Positions 19,301-27,659 of a DNA stretch of 64,000 nt are shown here, piece after piece. Position 1 is the first letter of the stretch; every line of letters starts with the position of its first letter. Origin of the DNA: an uncultured Planctomycetia bacterium (GTDB lineage: Bacteria > Omnitrophota > Gorgyraeia > JABMRG01). Made by a program: the position numbers and the translations under genes. The DNA lies in assembly GCA_964634945.1 (NCBI GenBank), contig CAZWMG010000001.1, forward strand, positions 2,405 through 66,404. Reading direction: 5' to 3'. The notes beneath the pieces were generated by a model. That model did not search any database, was not told where the DNA came from, and was given only the letters and a program-made list of their open reading frames with translations.

Positions 19301-22300
19301 GGCAAAACGTAATGATGTATCAAGATAGGTCTTGTACTTTGATTCATCAGCCTCACCCGCTAACATTCTAGCATAAATGTTGTATCTATTGACTGTATGC
19401 GCTAGGATCTCACCTGCAACAGAAAGCAAGCCTACATTATTGTTGTATTTATACATAACATGCTCGTAGTTTTTGACGAATATAGCGGAAGCTCTTTTTC
19501 TTATATCCGCGTCAAAGCTAAATAGTAAGAGTCCGGTTATGGTATGGTCGTTTCCGAATAATCTGCGCCTTGACTCTAGAGTAACGAGCTTGTCCGTGTC
19601 TTTAGAAATTTGCATATTTATAATATTCCTTAAGCTTACTGTTTTTTCGTTTGGCCCATATATTGTATCAATAATTGAGAAGATAACTTTTTTATTCAGA
19701 TCTCGCAGGAATAACCTGAATTTAATGTAGAGCTTATCTTTTTTGGTAAAAGGTTCTTCAAAAGATGGTAGCCTTCCTTCACGATTTAAAAGATGGTCAA
19801 AACCTTTGTTAAGGAAAACAGGACTGGAAAGCACTTTAGCTATTTTGGCATTTGTGAGCTTATGACCATTATTTTTCTTGATATAGGTTATAAGTGTTTC
19901 AGCAAGGCCACCTATCTCTTTTTCCTTCCAGGAACTTTGAAGCAGTTTAGTTATCTGAATATTCTCTTTAATGCCTATTGATATAAGCTTATTAACCAGC
20001 CTGTCTATCTCATCTTCAGGCCGGGATGTTAAAAGTATGCTTGATATATAAACATCCTCTTCTATGCCTAGCGATCTGAGATTTTTTATTATCCGTTGTA
20101 TCTCCTCTACATCACGGTCAGACTGGAGTATCTTTGCAATGGTATGCCCGCCTTCTATTTTAAGCGCATTTAGCTTTTTGATTATTGTCTCTATTTCTCC
20201 ATCTTCGTGGGCACTCATCGTAACCATTTTAATGTAGGCGCCATTGTTTATGCCGTATGATGCTAAGATTTTTATAATAGATTCAATCTCTGATAGTGCG
20301 CGTGGACTCTGAAGCATCCTTGTAATATCTGTATTTGCAAATGTGAAGCTATCACCACTACGTAAAAGAAAAAGATAGCGGAATGTTTCTAGTCTATCCC
20401 CAAGTTTGCGTACCTTCGCTAATTTTTGCGCTTGTTTAACACTAAATAAGGGGGTTTCATCTCTTGAAATTTGGAGCAGTATTTTTTTCAATGCTGGTTT
20501 TATATCCTTTCTTAATACCCTCTTGCCATCTATGGTCAGAAATGCATCACGAATTTCCTTTAAAACCCGGTCTGCTTGGTCAGCGTTTCTCTGATCCTTA
20601 TTTCCTGAAATAAGCCCTGCCGACGATGACCTTGCGTATGAGTCTGCGTCCACGCGCTGGCCATATGCCCCTGCCTCCTGAGACAATAAATATGCTTCAG
20701 GCGCATATATCTCAGGGCCATATGCGTCGTCGTCACCATATAGATAATTGTTTAATGAAGGACTTTCTACCTTATCAGGTATAAAATGCGATAACGGAGT
20801 ATCCCCATTGTTGATTGACTGGTCCAGGCTCAAAGACTCTTTGCCGAGAGCATGTTTGATTGCCTCAATATTGTAACCCCTGTTGGTAAATTCTAAGTAA
20901 ATATCGTTGATAGTCGCCGGGTTTTGATACGTAAATTTAAATTCTTTTAAAAAAGCACTTATCTCTTGTTTGACTCTTTTTACACTTTCAGGTAAAGAAT
21001 TGTAGTGATTAGTCAGGCTTACAAATCGGAGTGAAGAATAGAGGTAGGTTTCAAAAGCTGACGGCCCGCTATCGCCTGTCATAGTGCCATGATAGATATT
21101 ATATTGAGCACTTACTCGCAGAAGGGTTTCCGCCGCGATAGAGATATTATCGTCGTCATGATACTGATCTAGTATGTAAGCAAAGTTTTCAACCAATTTA
21201 TCGCGAACCTGCTGTCTAATATTAGTGTCAAATGAAAAGAGCAAGAGTCCGGCGGTGACATGATCATCTTCAGATAGTTTTTGTTGTGATTGTAGAAGAT
21301 CACGTTTATCTTTGTCTTCGGTAATCCTCGCTTTTATATAAGCCTTTAGTGTTTTAGTCTTACCACTTTTTTCATATAGGGTATCTATAATGGAAAAGAT
21401 AGCTTTTTTATTAAGTTTTCGTAAGAACAGCCTGAATTCAATATACTTTTTATCAGTAAGAGGTCTTGCAAATGAAGGCAATTTACCTTTATGTTTATAG
21501 ATATATTCTAGCCCTTCTACCAGGTATGCTGGGTTGGCTACTAATTTAGCGATTAGAGAGTCTGGAAGTCCGTAACCATTGTTCTCTTTCGCGCAAAGCA
21601 TCAAGACCTTGGCGAGATCTATTATCTCCTTTTCAGTGCGCTTGCTACAAATCACCTTAGCGATATGGCCCTTATCTTCTATGCCCAGTCTTGTAAGTTT
21701 CTTTATAATTCTTTCAATCTCATCTTGGTTGCGTGAGCTATGAAGCATCAGGGCAAGATGAAAGTTGTTCATTATTCCCAGTGATCTAAGTTTTTCAATA
21801 AACGGCCCCAACTCCTCTCTTTTTCGCGCGCTTTGAATAATTATAGTGATATGATGAGGAGTTTTTATACCAAGCGATTTGAGTTTATTAGCAGTCTTTA
21901 CAATATCCTCCTTATTCCGAGAACACCCTAGTATGAGGCTGATATAAATATTCCTGTCTATGCCTAGTGTTCTAAGCCCATCGACGACATATCCTATATC
22001 TTCTATGCTGTGGGTTCCCCGCAGGATTAAGGTAATATCACGTGGATTTTTAATTTTGATATCTTCAAGGGCCTTGATAATCCGCTCTATGTCAATTTCT
22101 TTGCGTGAACTCTGAAGTATCTTAACTATCTGAAGGCTGTCCTTGATATTAAGAGACATAAGCTTATTTATGATCCTTGTCATCTCCTCTTCATCACGTG
22201 AACTTTTAAATGCCTCAGCTATATGAGCGCGATTTTGTATTTTTAGAGTAATAAGGGCTCTAATAAGAGACTCTATCTCTATCTCATCGCGCGAACATTT

Positions 22301-23323
22301 AAGAATAATGGCCTTATGAGCTTCTTCCTTCATGTTGAATGAGTTAAGTATTTTATCAATTGGCTTTAACTCTGTTCTGTCTCGGGAGCTTCCCAGGATA
22401 GAGACGATAAGTGTCTTATTTTCTATGCCTATAGCCCTAATCTCTTTTACGGTTTTTTCTATATTTTCGTCATCGCGTGAGGTCTGAAGTATCGTAACGG
22501 CATGAACGCTTTTATCCAGGCCTAAGGATACAAGTTTATCAAGAGTATTGACTATATCTTTTTTGGATCGTGAGCAACGCAGTATTTTGGATATATGGGA
22601 ATTGTTTTCTATCGAATGTGATCTTAGCTTCGTTATCAGTGGTTTTATGTCAGCTTCCTTACGAGAGCCCTGAACTATCACGGCAATATTTGTGCCTTTT
22701 TTAATATTTAGCGATTGAAGCTCTTTTACGATTCTTACTATTTCATCATTATCACGTGAACTCAGCAATATTTTGGCTATATGAGCACCATTTCTAATAT
22801 TAAATGCATGAAGCCTTCTAATGAGTGCTTCTATCTTTGTTTTATCGCGTGCACACTGAAGTGTCATAGCTATGTGTGAACCAGTAAACGTGAAATCTTT
22901 ATTATCACCATGCAGTATTAGATAGTTAAGGGTATTGAGCTTATCCTCGAGCTTACGTATACGTGATATCTGTTTTGCCTGCACTTTGGTAAAGAATGGC
23001 TTTTTGCCTCTGTTGAAATTTAGCAATATCTTTACAATATCAGCATCTATTTGGGCTCTTTTTATGATTTTACCATCAACGCTCTGTAGGAGAGCACGTA
23101 TTTTAGCTATTGTCTGGTCAACCCTTACTACATATTCTTGCTTTTTTTTGCCTGTTAAGAGTTCCAGATCTGCGTTTGTATTAAAAACACTTGCCATCGG
23201 CCTTAATGTGTCGGATTTGGACAGAAAATAGCAATCCCCTGCTATATAAAGATCTAGACTATTGCATAGCATAGCTAAAACAAGAAATATTATATACATT
23301 TTAAAATACTTTATTTTGTTCAT
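16379..23323 (-). CDS. giant secreted repeat protein (2314 aa). Three homologous super-modules, each with a leader, an array of 31-residue helical repeats and a ~330-aa conserved C-terminal domain.
   Basis: Signal peptide MNKIKYFKMYIIFLVLAMLC. About 31 repeats with consensus H-I-a-x-I-L-x-S-S-R-x-x-x-E-I-x-R-I-I-K-x-L-x-x-L-G-I. Module ends are YLYDGGAAE..IYQQEAYLLSQEAGIYEQYEDIYAK-SSSSG, found three times (DNA about 20640-20780, 18900-19050 and 16500-16650). Confidence 0.7.
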   Translation of the reverse strand: MNKIKYFKMYIIFLVLAMLCNSLDLYIAGDCYFLSKSDTLRPMASVFNTNADLELLTGKKKQEYVVRVDQTIAKIRALLQSVDGKIIKRAQIDADIVKILLNFNRGKKPFFTKVQAKQISRIRKLEDKLNTLNYLILHGDNKDFTFTGSHIAMTLQCARDKTKIEALIRRLHAFNIRNGAHIAKILLSSRDNDEIVRIVKELQSLNIKKGTNIAVIVQGSRKEADIKPLITKLRSHSIENNSHISKILRCSRSKKDIVNTLDKLVSLGLDKSVHAVTILQTSRDDENIEKTVKEIRAIGIENKTLIVSILGSSRDRTELKPIDKILNSFNMKEEAHKAIILKCSRDEIEIESLIRALITLKIQNRAHIAEAFKSSRDEEEMTRIINKLMSLNIKDSLQIVKILQSSRKEIDIERIIKALEDIKIKNPRDITLILRGTHSIEDIGYVVDGLRTLGIDRNIYISLILGCSRNKEDIVKTANKLKSLGIKTPHHITIIIQSARKREELGPFIEKLRSLGIMNNFHLALMLHSSRNQDEIERIIKKLTRLGIEDKGHIAKVICSKRTEKEIIDLAKVLMLCAKENNGYGLPDSLIAKLVANPAYLVEGLEYIYKHKGKLPSFARPLTDKKYIEFRLFLRKLNKKAIFSIIDTLYEKSGKTKTLKAYIKARITEDKDKRDLLQSQQKLSEDDHVTAGLLLFSFDTNIRQQVRDKLVENFAYILDQYHDDDNISIAAETLLRVSAQYNIYHGTMTGDSGPSAFETYLYSSLRFVSLTNHYNSLPESVKRVKQEISAFLKEFKFTYQNPATINDIYLEFTNRGYNIEAIKHALGKESLSLDQSINNGDTPLSHFIPDKVESPSLNNYLYGDDDAYGPEIYAPEAYLLSQEAGAYGQRVDADSYARSSSAGLISGNKDQRNADQADRVLKEIRDAFLTIDGKRVLRKDIKPALKKILLQISRDETPLFSVKQAQKLAKVRKLGDRLETFRYLFLLRSGDSFTFANTDITRMLQSPRALSEIESIIKILASYGINNGAYIKMVTMSAHEDGEIETIIKKLNALKIEGGHTIAKILQSDRDVEEIQRIIKNLRSLGIEEDVYISSILLTSRPEDEIDRLVNKLISIGIKENIQITKLLQSSWKEKEIGGLAETLITYIKKNNGHKLTNAKIAKVLSSPVFLNKGFDHLLNREGRLPSFEEPFTKKDKLYIKFRLFLRDLNKKVIFSIIDTIYGPNEKTVSLRNIINMQISKDTDKLVTLESRRRLFGNDHTITGLLLFSFDADIRKRASAIFVKNYEHVMYKYNNNVGLLSVAGEILAHTVNRYNIYARMLAGEADESKYKTYLDTSLRFAYKRNFYSDLPKSLLPLRRYIRKYIMEFTLTHETEPSELSILYEFSKRGYEEESIMRAMGKSALSLDRAASNSNTPLMDLVPDQIENASLISAYLYDGGAAESTIYQQEAYLLSQEAGIYEQYEDIYAKPSSSGTLSIATTRPKEVVTVDQMLSRIHQLLQSVDGKTVLRKHINPIIVETLLRLSIGERLIFNESQAKKIAKLIKLERRLGIFRYLLLRNVSSDNIFTGSHIASILSTSRDKKEIERIIKTLKALGIEKSTHITTILYTSRKEKEIKDIVKKLYSLKIKNPTHIARILLSSRDEEEIERIVETLRILGIEENTHLSTILQSSRKEKEIKDIINKLYLLGIKDSVHIARALHSSRDEEEIERVIKLLKSLGIIKSSHLTAILQSARKEKEIERIIEMLRAHGIEENTHLSTILQSSRKEKEIKDIINKLYLLGIKDSVHIARALRSSRDEEEIERVIKLLRSLDIKDHGHISMVLRSSRDREEIKRIIKLLISLNIKENSHITTILYTSRKEKEIKDIVKKLYSLKIKNPTHIARILLSSRDEEEIVRIIKTLKALGMKKGVHITLILQSSRTEKEIELLAKILLDSTKDNNGHGFSDALVARLVANTDYLINGLEYIYKRRGELPSFKKPFTEDDEKYIEFRLLLRNIHQKVLFLIIDTLYKDSGKIRTLNSYIAKRVTEDVATLMPFLEKEKLSDQEHVTAGLLLFSFDANVRRKVRDKLIENYADTLSCYHDTDKFSIAAELLLRISTDFNVYHKMLLGEIGESDYRSYLFSSLRFVPVLHYYSAFPESLKRARKEIGIFIREYKLAHGTSPSSAEIDLAFVDRGYDTESIELALGKRPLSLDNTISNSNTSFIDIIPDAIENASLMSAYLYDSGAAEPAIYQQEAYLLSQEAGIYEQYEDIYAKSSSSGLSMPRSQEKALSNSEFNVDILPDKRENPSKSLPRVRELIRANASLKRIASAA
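17895..18360. repeat. near-identical ~180-bp direct repeats inside giant ORF 2 (17895-18075 and 18180-18360). Further copies at about 17590-17780 and 18330-18520.
   Basis: Read directly. The block atttgat(a/g)actctctctatttcttcttcatcgcg(a/g)gagct(g/a)(c/t)gaagcgccctagcgatatgaacagagtcttttatccccagtagatagagtttatttattatatcttttatctctttctccttgcgcgaactctgaagtatcgtggatagatgagtgttttcttctataccg appears twice, 285 bp apart (3 repeat units). Residues differ only at bracketed positions. Confidence 0.75.
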
Positions 23324-23687
23324 AAAATAAAAACCCCTTGTTCTTCTATAGTAGCCTTTATGGCTTTTCTATATCGTATATTTTGGGGTTCTCTTGACTA
23401 ATTATTAGTAGTATACCGCATAAAACAACGAAAATCAAGCTTTTTTAGGAGTCTTTACTTTTTTTAGTTCTTTAGGCCTGATCACAGATACATAATCGCG
23501 AATATCGCAAACCATACTAATAACAGCACTACAACCGCGACTTTTTTTGTGCTCTTTTTTATCATCTTATTTACCTTTTACCTTGTTGTAATAATGTTAA
23601 ATTTTTGTGACAATCTAACTATATAACAAATATTAACACTATTATAAGCATTTAGCAAGGCAAAATTAGTTTTTTTGTACTATTTTT

Positions 23688-23735
23688 GAAAGGGGGTGCC
23701 CTGCAAGAGCACCCCCTTATTTCTCTTTATTTATC
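23688..23735 (-). terminator. putative terminator hairpin at the stop of the SYLF-like gene
   Basis: gggggtgc-cctgcaaga-gcaccccc, an 8-bp GC stem. T-rich flank on the plus strand but only a weak U-tract on the minus strand. Confidence 0.4.
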
Positions 23736-24276
23736 GGGTAAGCTTCGTAACTTTAGCGCCTTCAAGAGTGAGGTTATACATTAATCCCTTTGGATCAAAG
23801 ACAAAGGCTACTATCGGCTGATTTAGTTTTGATGTATCGATTGAGCCATCCGCTCCGATTGCTATTACCGCTACGGACGCGTCCGCTCCAATCTTCCAAT
23901 TTGTGCTATTGCGAAAATTTTCTAATGCTTTCTTATCCATAAAAGCTAAGATTATGGTTTTTTTCTGCGCGCCAAGTTGAAAACCAAATGACGCGGCCGC
24001 GGTACTGTAATAGTCAATTGATTTACCATCAATGACCAGCGCGCCTTCTCCGTATTCTCCACCGACAACAAAACCTGCCTTAAAGACCGATGGAAAGACA
24101 AGCAAACCATCTGCTCTATCTATTACTGATTGCCCGCCATTTACAGCCTTGAGCCTGTCTAGTGATTTTTCAACACCAACATTTATTGTTTCTGCTGTTA
24201 CAGCCTGTGCCATATCCGCTATTGAAAGTCCGGTAAATATTACGATTAGTGCGACGATTATTGTTTTGCATCTCAT
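23731..24276 (-). CDS. secreted SYLF (Ysc84/DUF500)-like lipid-binding domain protein. Start placed at the internal Met.
   Basis: The start MRCKTIIVALIVIFTGLSIADMAQA at 24276 has the SD GGGGGA upstream. The longer ORF to 24378 would overlap the next gene. The Gly-rich beta motifs (GFVVGGEYGEGALV and FGFQLGAQ) are typical of the SYLF fold. Confidence 0.5.
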   Translation of the reverse strand: MRCKTIIVALIVIFTGLSIADMAQAVTAETINVGVEKSLDRLKAVNGGQSVIDRADGLLVFPSVFKAGFVVGGEYGEGALVIDGKSIDYYSTAAASFGFQLGAQKKTIILAFMDKKALENFRNSTNWKIGADASVAVIAIGADGSIDTSKLNQPIVAFVFDPKGLMYNLTLEGAKVTKLTR

Positions 24277-24328
24277 GCTATGTTGTCCCCCTGTTTTTTT
24301 GCTGCGTTTTAGATAATACCTAATACAA

Positions 24329-24667
24329 TTATTCCAGGCTATCTTCACCCAAGTCCCCAACGCCATAATCCTGAACATTCAATTCTCTTTGAGCTGTACC
24401 ATAGCCATAGTCATCGGCAAATTCCGCAGAAGTGCCATATACCTCGTTACTATCAGCGATACTGCCTTCTATGTCGATAGCTGATTCTGAATCAACATCT
24501 CCCACCTCTTTACCCTGCTCTGTTATGGTGGGGCCAGAACTTATGTCAGTATCTGCGGTTGGATCATCCATCGCGTAGGTATACACGCAAATGAGCATTA
24601 CTGTTAATACTGCAAAAATATACCTCACTTTAATCCCCCTTTCTTGTGCCCTTCTTATATAAGTCAC
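24329..24667 (-). CDS. small secreted acidic protein, hypothetical
   Basis: Hydrophobic N-terminus IFAVLTVMLICVYTYA followed by a D/E/G-rich low-complexity region. Confidence 0.4.
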   Translation of the reverse strand: MTYIRRAQERGIKVRYIFAVLTVMLICVYTYAMDDPTADTDISSGPTITEQGKEVGDVDSESAIDIEGSIADSNEVYGTSAEFADDYGYGTAQRELNVQDYGVGDLGEDSLE

Positions 24668-24720
24668 TATTAATCAGCCATAGCTGTATAGTCATTAACG
24701 CATGCGACCAGCGAAGGCTG

Positions 24721-24796
24721 ATGGTGGAGCTGAGGGGGATCGAACCCCTGGCCTCGTGATTGCGAACCACGCGCTCTCCCAGCTGAGCTACAGCCC
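24721..24796 (-). tRNA. tRNA-Ala (anticodon CGC)
   Basis: Reverse complement: GGGGCTGTAGCTCAGCTGGGAGAGCGCGTGGTTCGCAATCACGAGGCCAGGGGTTCGATCCCCTCAGCTCCACCA. Cloverleaf folds. G3:U70 alanine identity pair. Anticodon loop TTCGCAA. TPsiC GGTTCGATCC. Encoded CCA. Confidence 0.85.
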
Positions 24797-24819
24797 CACA
24801 GGCCCAAGCCTCTGACTGA

Positions 24820-25788
24820 TTAAACAGCCTCTATGGTTGATGGGGGCTTGGTAGCTATGTTGTAGGTTACGCTTACCACGCCTGGAACACCTTTTAAAAT
24901 ACCATTAGCTAACTTACGAAGTTGATTATAAGGCAGATCTGTTGGCGTTGCTTCGCGTGCGTCTATACTATCCCAGCACCTAACCTCGATCTGAAGTCCA
25001 AAATCTCTCTTACCATTACGCATACCCGTAACCCTGTCCTGGTGAAGGATAGCCATGTATTGAAATGCCCCTGTATTTTTAAGCTCCTCCTCGACAATAG
25101 AGGTAGCCTTACGAATTACATCTACTCTTTCTCTTGTGACTTCACCGATTATTCTAGTAGCCAATGCCGGCCCTGGAAAAGGCGGACGGCTGTGAATGCT
25201 TTCAGGTAGGCCTAATGCTTCTGCCAGCACCCTTACGCTATCTTTACGCAGCTCTACCAGTGGCTCTATTATCTTGTAGCCGAATGCCTGCTGCGGGTCT
25301 ATGCCAAGCTGCTCAAAGACATTATGCTGTCTCTTTATTCCTGCTACTGTCTCGTCTATGTCCGTTAATATAGTGCCTTGCAAAAGATGCATTGCGCCAC
25401 TTTCCCGCACTAATCTTGCGAATATATCTTTATAAAATGTCTGTGTTACAGCCTCTCTCTTCTCTTCAGGGTCTGTTATGCCTTTAAAGGCATTGAAAAA
25501 CTCTTCCCGGGCATCAAGAATTTCAATATTTACGCCCTGCTGTTTGAAGATTTCCGCTATTTTCTGGGGCTCGCCTTCTCTCATTATGCCATTATCTACA
25601 AAATATGTCTTTAATCTATCGCCTAACGCCCTGTGCCCTAATATGGTGACTGCGGAAGAGTCAACCCCGCCTGAAAGCGCGTTTATGGCAATCCCATCAC
25701 CTGCTATGCTGGATATCTCTTTGACTTTCTCATCTATAAATACTTGGACATTTGATGAATTAAGCCTTACCTCTTGTACTGCCTCCAT
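24820..25788 (-). CDS. guaA: GMP synthase subunit B (PP-loop ATP pyrophosphatase domain only)
   Basis: PP-loop SGGVDSS plus the GMP-synthase C-terminal dimerisation region. 322 aa with no GATase domain in this ORF. Confidence 0.8.
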   Translation of the reverse strand: MEAVQEVRLNSSNVQVFIDEKVKEISSIAGDGIAINALSGGVDSSAVTILGHRALGDRLKTYFVDNGIMREGEPQKIAEIFKQQGVNIEILDAREEFFNAFKGITDPEEKREAVTQTFYKDIFARLVRESGAMHLLQGTILTDIDETVAGIKRQHNVFEQLGIDPQQAFGYKIIEPLVELRKDSVRVLAEALGLPESIHSRPPFPGPALATRIIGEVTRERVDVIRKATSIVEEELKNTGAFQYMAILHQDRVTGMRNGKRDFGLQIEVRCWDSIDAREATPTDLPYNQLRKLANGILKGVPGVVSVTYNIATKPPSTIEAV

Positions 25789-25820
25789 GTTTTACCCCCT
25801 TGTTTATTATAAAGGTATTA

Positions 25821-26624
25821 TTATGTTAATGGTATTTTTTTAATTTTGTGATGTGTGAGAGCCTTTCTTAGCTCTATTGCCTTCTTGTGACAAGCTACGT
25901 AAGTAGGCTCACTACCATCTACCCATGTCCCGCAGTTGGCATATATGCCATTAGGCATCTTGGCTAATTCACATCTATGGGTATGACCAAAGATGACTAT
26001 TTTAGCCCCATTTTCTATATGATTTAATACAGCTTTCTCAAACTCCCCAAAATGACCACCCCTATTTAAATATTCTTTTGACGCTGGGGTAACCTTGTTT
26101 TTTAACGAGGCTGCCTGCGCCAGAAACTCGTCAATATTTTCAAGAGCGTTTTTCATCCAGATATCAGTATCCGGGTGCAGGAATCTCTCCATGCCTGCCG
26201 CGAACAGGGCTATATGCCTGCCCTTTGGCCACTTGATGGACCTTAATTGATTTTTATAACGATTGAATATATCGTATTTATGGCCATGTTCACCGATAAT
26301 ACCGCATTCCTTATCATTATATTCTGTGGATATACCGAGTCCTAAATCAGTGAATTTTATAAAGGGTATATAATCGTGATTACCTATTACATATGTGACT
26401 TTTATCTTATTTCGCAGTTGTAATAGTTTTTTAATGACCTCATCATGGACAAATAATACTCTATCCAGATCAGACTGCCACAATTCCAGAAAATCTCCGA
26501 GTATGATCAACTCCGTGGCCTCATCTTCTGCATATTCAAGAAACCTTATCAGTTCCTTGTCGCGATGAAAATCATCGGTTCTTGAGCCATCCCCTAAATG
26601 GAGATCACTTATGAAAAGCTTCAT
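25821..26624 (-). CDS. calcineurin-like metallophosphoesterase, LpxH-like
   Basis: N-terminus MKLFISDLHLGDG...LIILGDFLELW resembles the LpxH motif FIADLHL...ILGDLFEAW. GNHD and GHTH metal ligands present. Confidence 0.55.
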   Translation of the reverse strand: MKLFISDLHLGDGSRTDDFHRDKELIRFLEYAEDEATELIILGDFLELWQSDLDRVLFVHDEVIKKLLQLRNKIKVTYVIGNHDYIPFIKFTDLGLGISTEYNDKECGIIGEHGHKYDIFNRYKNQLRSIKWPKGRHIALFAAGMERFLHPDTDIWMKNALENIDEFLAQAASLKNKVTPASKEYLNRGGHFGEFEKAVLNHIENGAKIVIFGHTHRCELAKMPNGIYANCGTWVDGSEPTYVACHKKAIELRKALTHHKIKKIPLT

Positions 26625-27139
26625 TTAGATGAAGCGAGCATCAGCATTGTCCATCCGCTGAGCATTAGGTTGATACCTACTAAGAGTCCAAGGACCCAGG
26701 ATACGCTGCTTGGCCAGCCTGCCCATATAATACCTGACAAGATAAGACTTGAGATGCCGCTTATAAGCACCCAGTTCCAGTTTTGCATTGGCTTAAGCCG
26801 TATCGCGACAGCTATCTTTATTATCCCCTGAAATGTGAATAGAATAGCCAATAAGAGTGTCAATGTGGCTACGCCTTGAATCGGGTACGCCAGAAACATG
26901 ATACCTATGGCAAGGTAGAATATACCGCTTAGTAATCTCAGGAAGCATTTGCCTGAATTAAGCGCGTTTAATGAGTGAGCTATAGTGACTATGCCGCTTA
27001 TAACAAATATCCATCCGAATATAGCCTCTATGGTAAGTGAGGCAGCCAGTGGAAGAGCTATCGCACCGGCACCTAAAAGTATCAATATGATACCCCCGCC
27101 TATAAAGCTTTTTTTCGTTTTTTCCGCAATATCTGACAT
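26621..27139 (-). CDS. HdeD-family (DUF308) membrane protein
   Basis: 172 aa with 6 short TM helices and the Gly-rich GxxxG pattern typical of HdeD. Confidence 0.55.
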   Translation of the reverse strand: MSDIAEKTKKSFIGGGIILILLGAGAIALPLAASLTIEAIFGWIFVISGIVTIAHSLNALNSGKCFLRLLSGIFYLAIGIMFLAYPIQGVATLTLLLAILFTFQGIIKIAVAIRLKPMQNWNWVLISGISSLILSGIIWAGWPSSVSWVLGLLVGINLMLSGWTMLMLASSK

Positions 27140-27222
27140 TTTTATACCCTCCTTTATGGTTGAGAAATAAATTAAATTATACTATATGTTACAATAGAGA
27201 GCTACGCTAAGTCAATTAAAAG

Positions 27223-27588
27223 TTACGAGGAATAGATAATCAGCGCGCCTAAGGCAATGGTAGCGCCCCCTAATAAGCGTAGGATAATGAGTGATTTCTC
27301 CTGCCACCAGTCAATATAGGCAAAGAGTGTTTCTTTGTTTATGGCGAGCAATAATACGCCCTTTATAATAGACCAGATACCTAAAAAGGTAACTAACCAT
27401 GTGATTCGGCACTCTGAAGCCGCCATTAAAAAGATAATTCCAACCGGTATCGCTATTAAGCCGCCTATCTTAAGGTAATTATTTTTTTTGCAAAGGGAGA
27501 AATAAATCCTAATAACCCTAGGCCTTACCAGGATAGCAATGCCAAAGGCCAAGGCAAGTATTCCAAAAATCAGGACAAATATTGTCAT
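27223..27588 (-). CDS. small integral membrane protein, hypothetical
   Basis: 121 aa with 4 predicted TM helices. No family recognised. Confidence 0.4.
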   Translation of the reverse strand: MTIFVLIFGILALAFGIAILVRPRVIRIYFSLCKKNNYLKIGGLIAIPVGIIFLMAASECRITWLVTFLGIWSIIKGVLLLAINKETLFAYIDWWQEKSLIILRLLGGATIALGALIIYSS

Positions 27589-27659
27589 TTTTTACCCCCT
27601 TTCTTTTTTAATCACGCTTTAAGCTTACATAAAAGATAAAATTTTAATTTAGCGCATAG

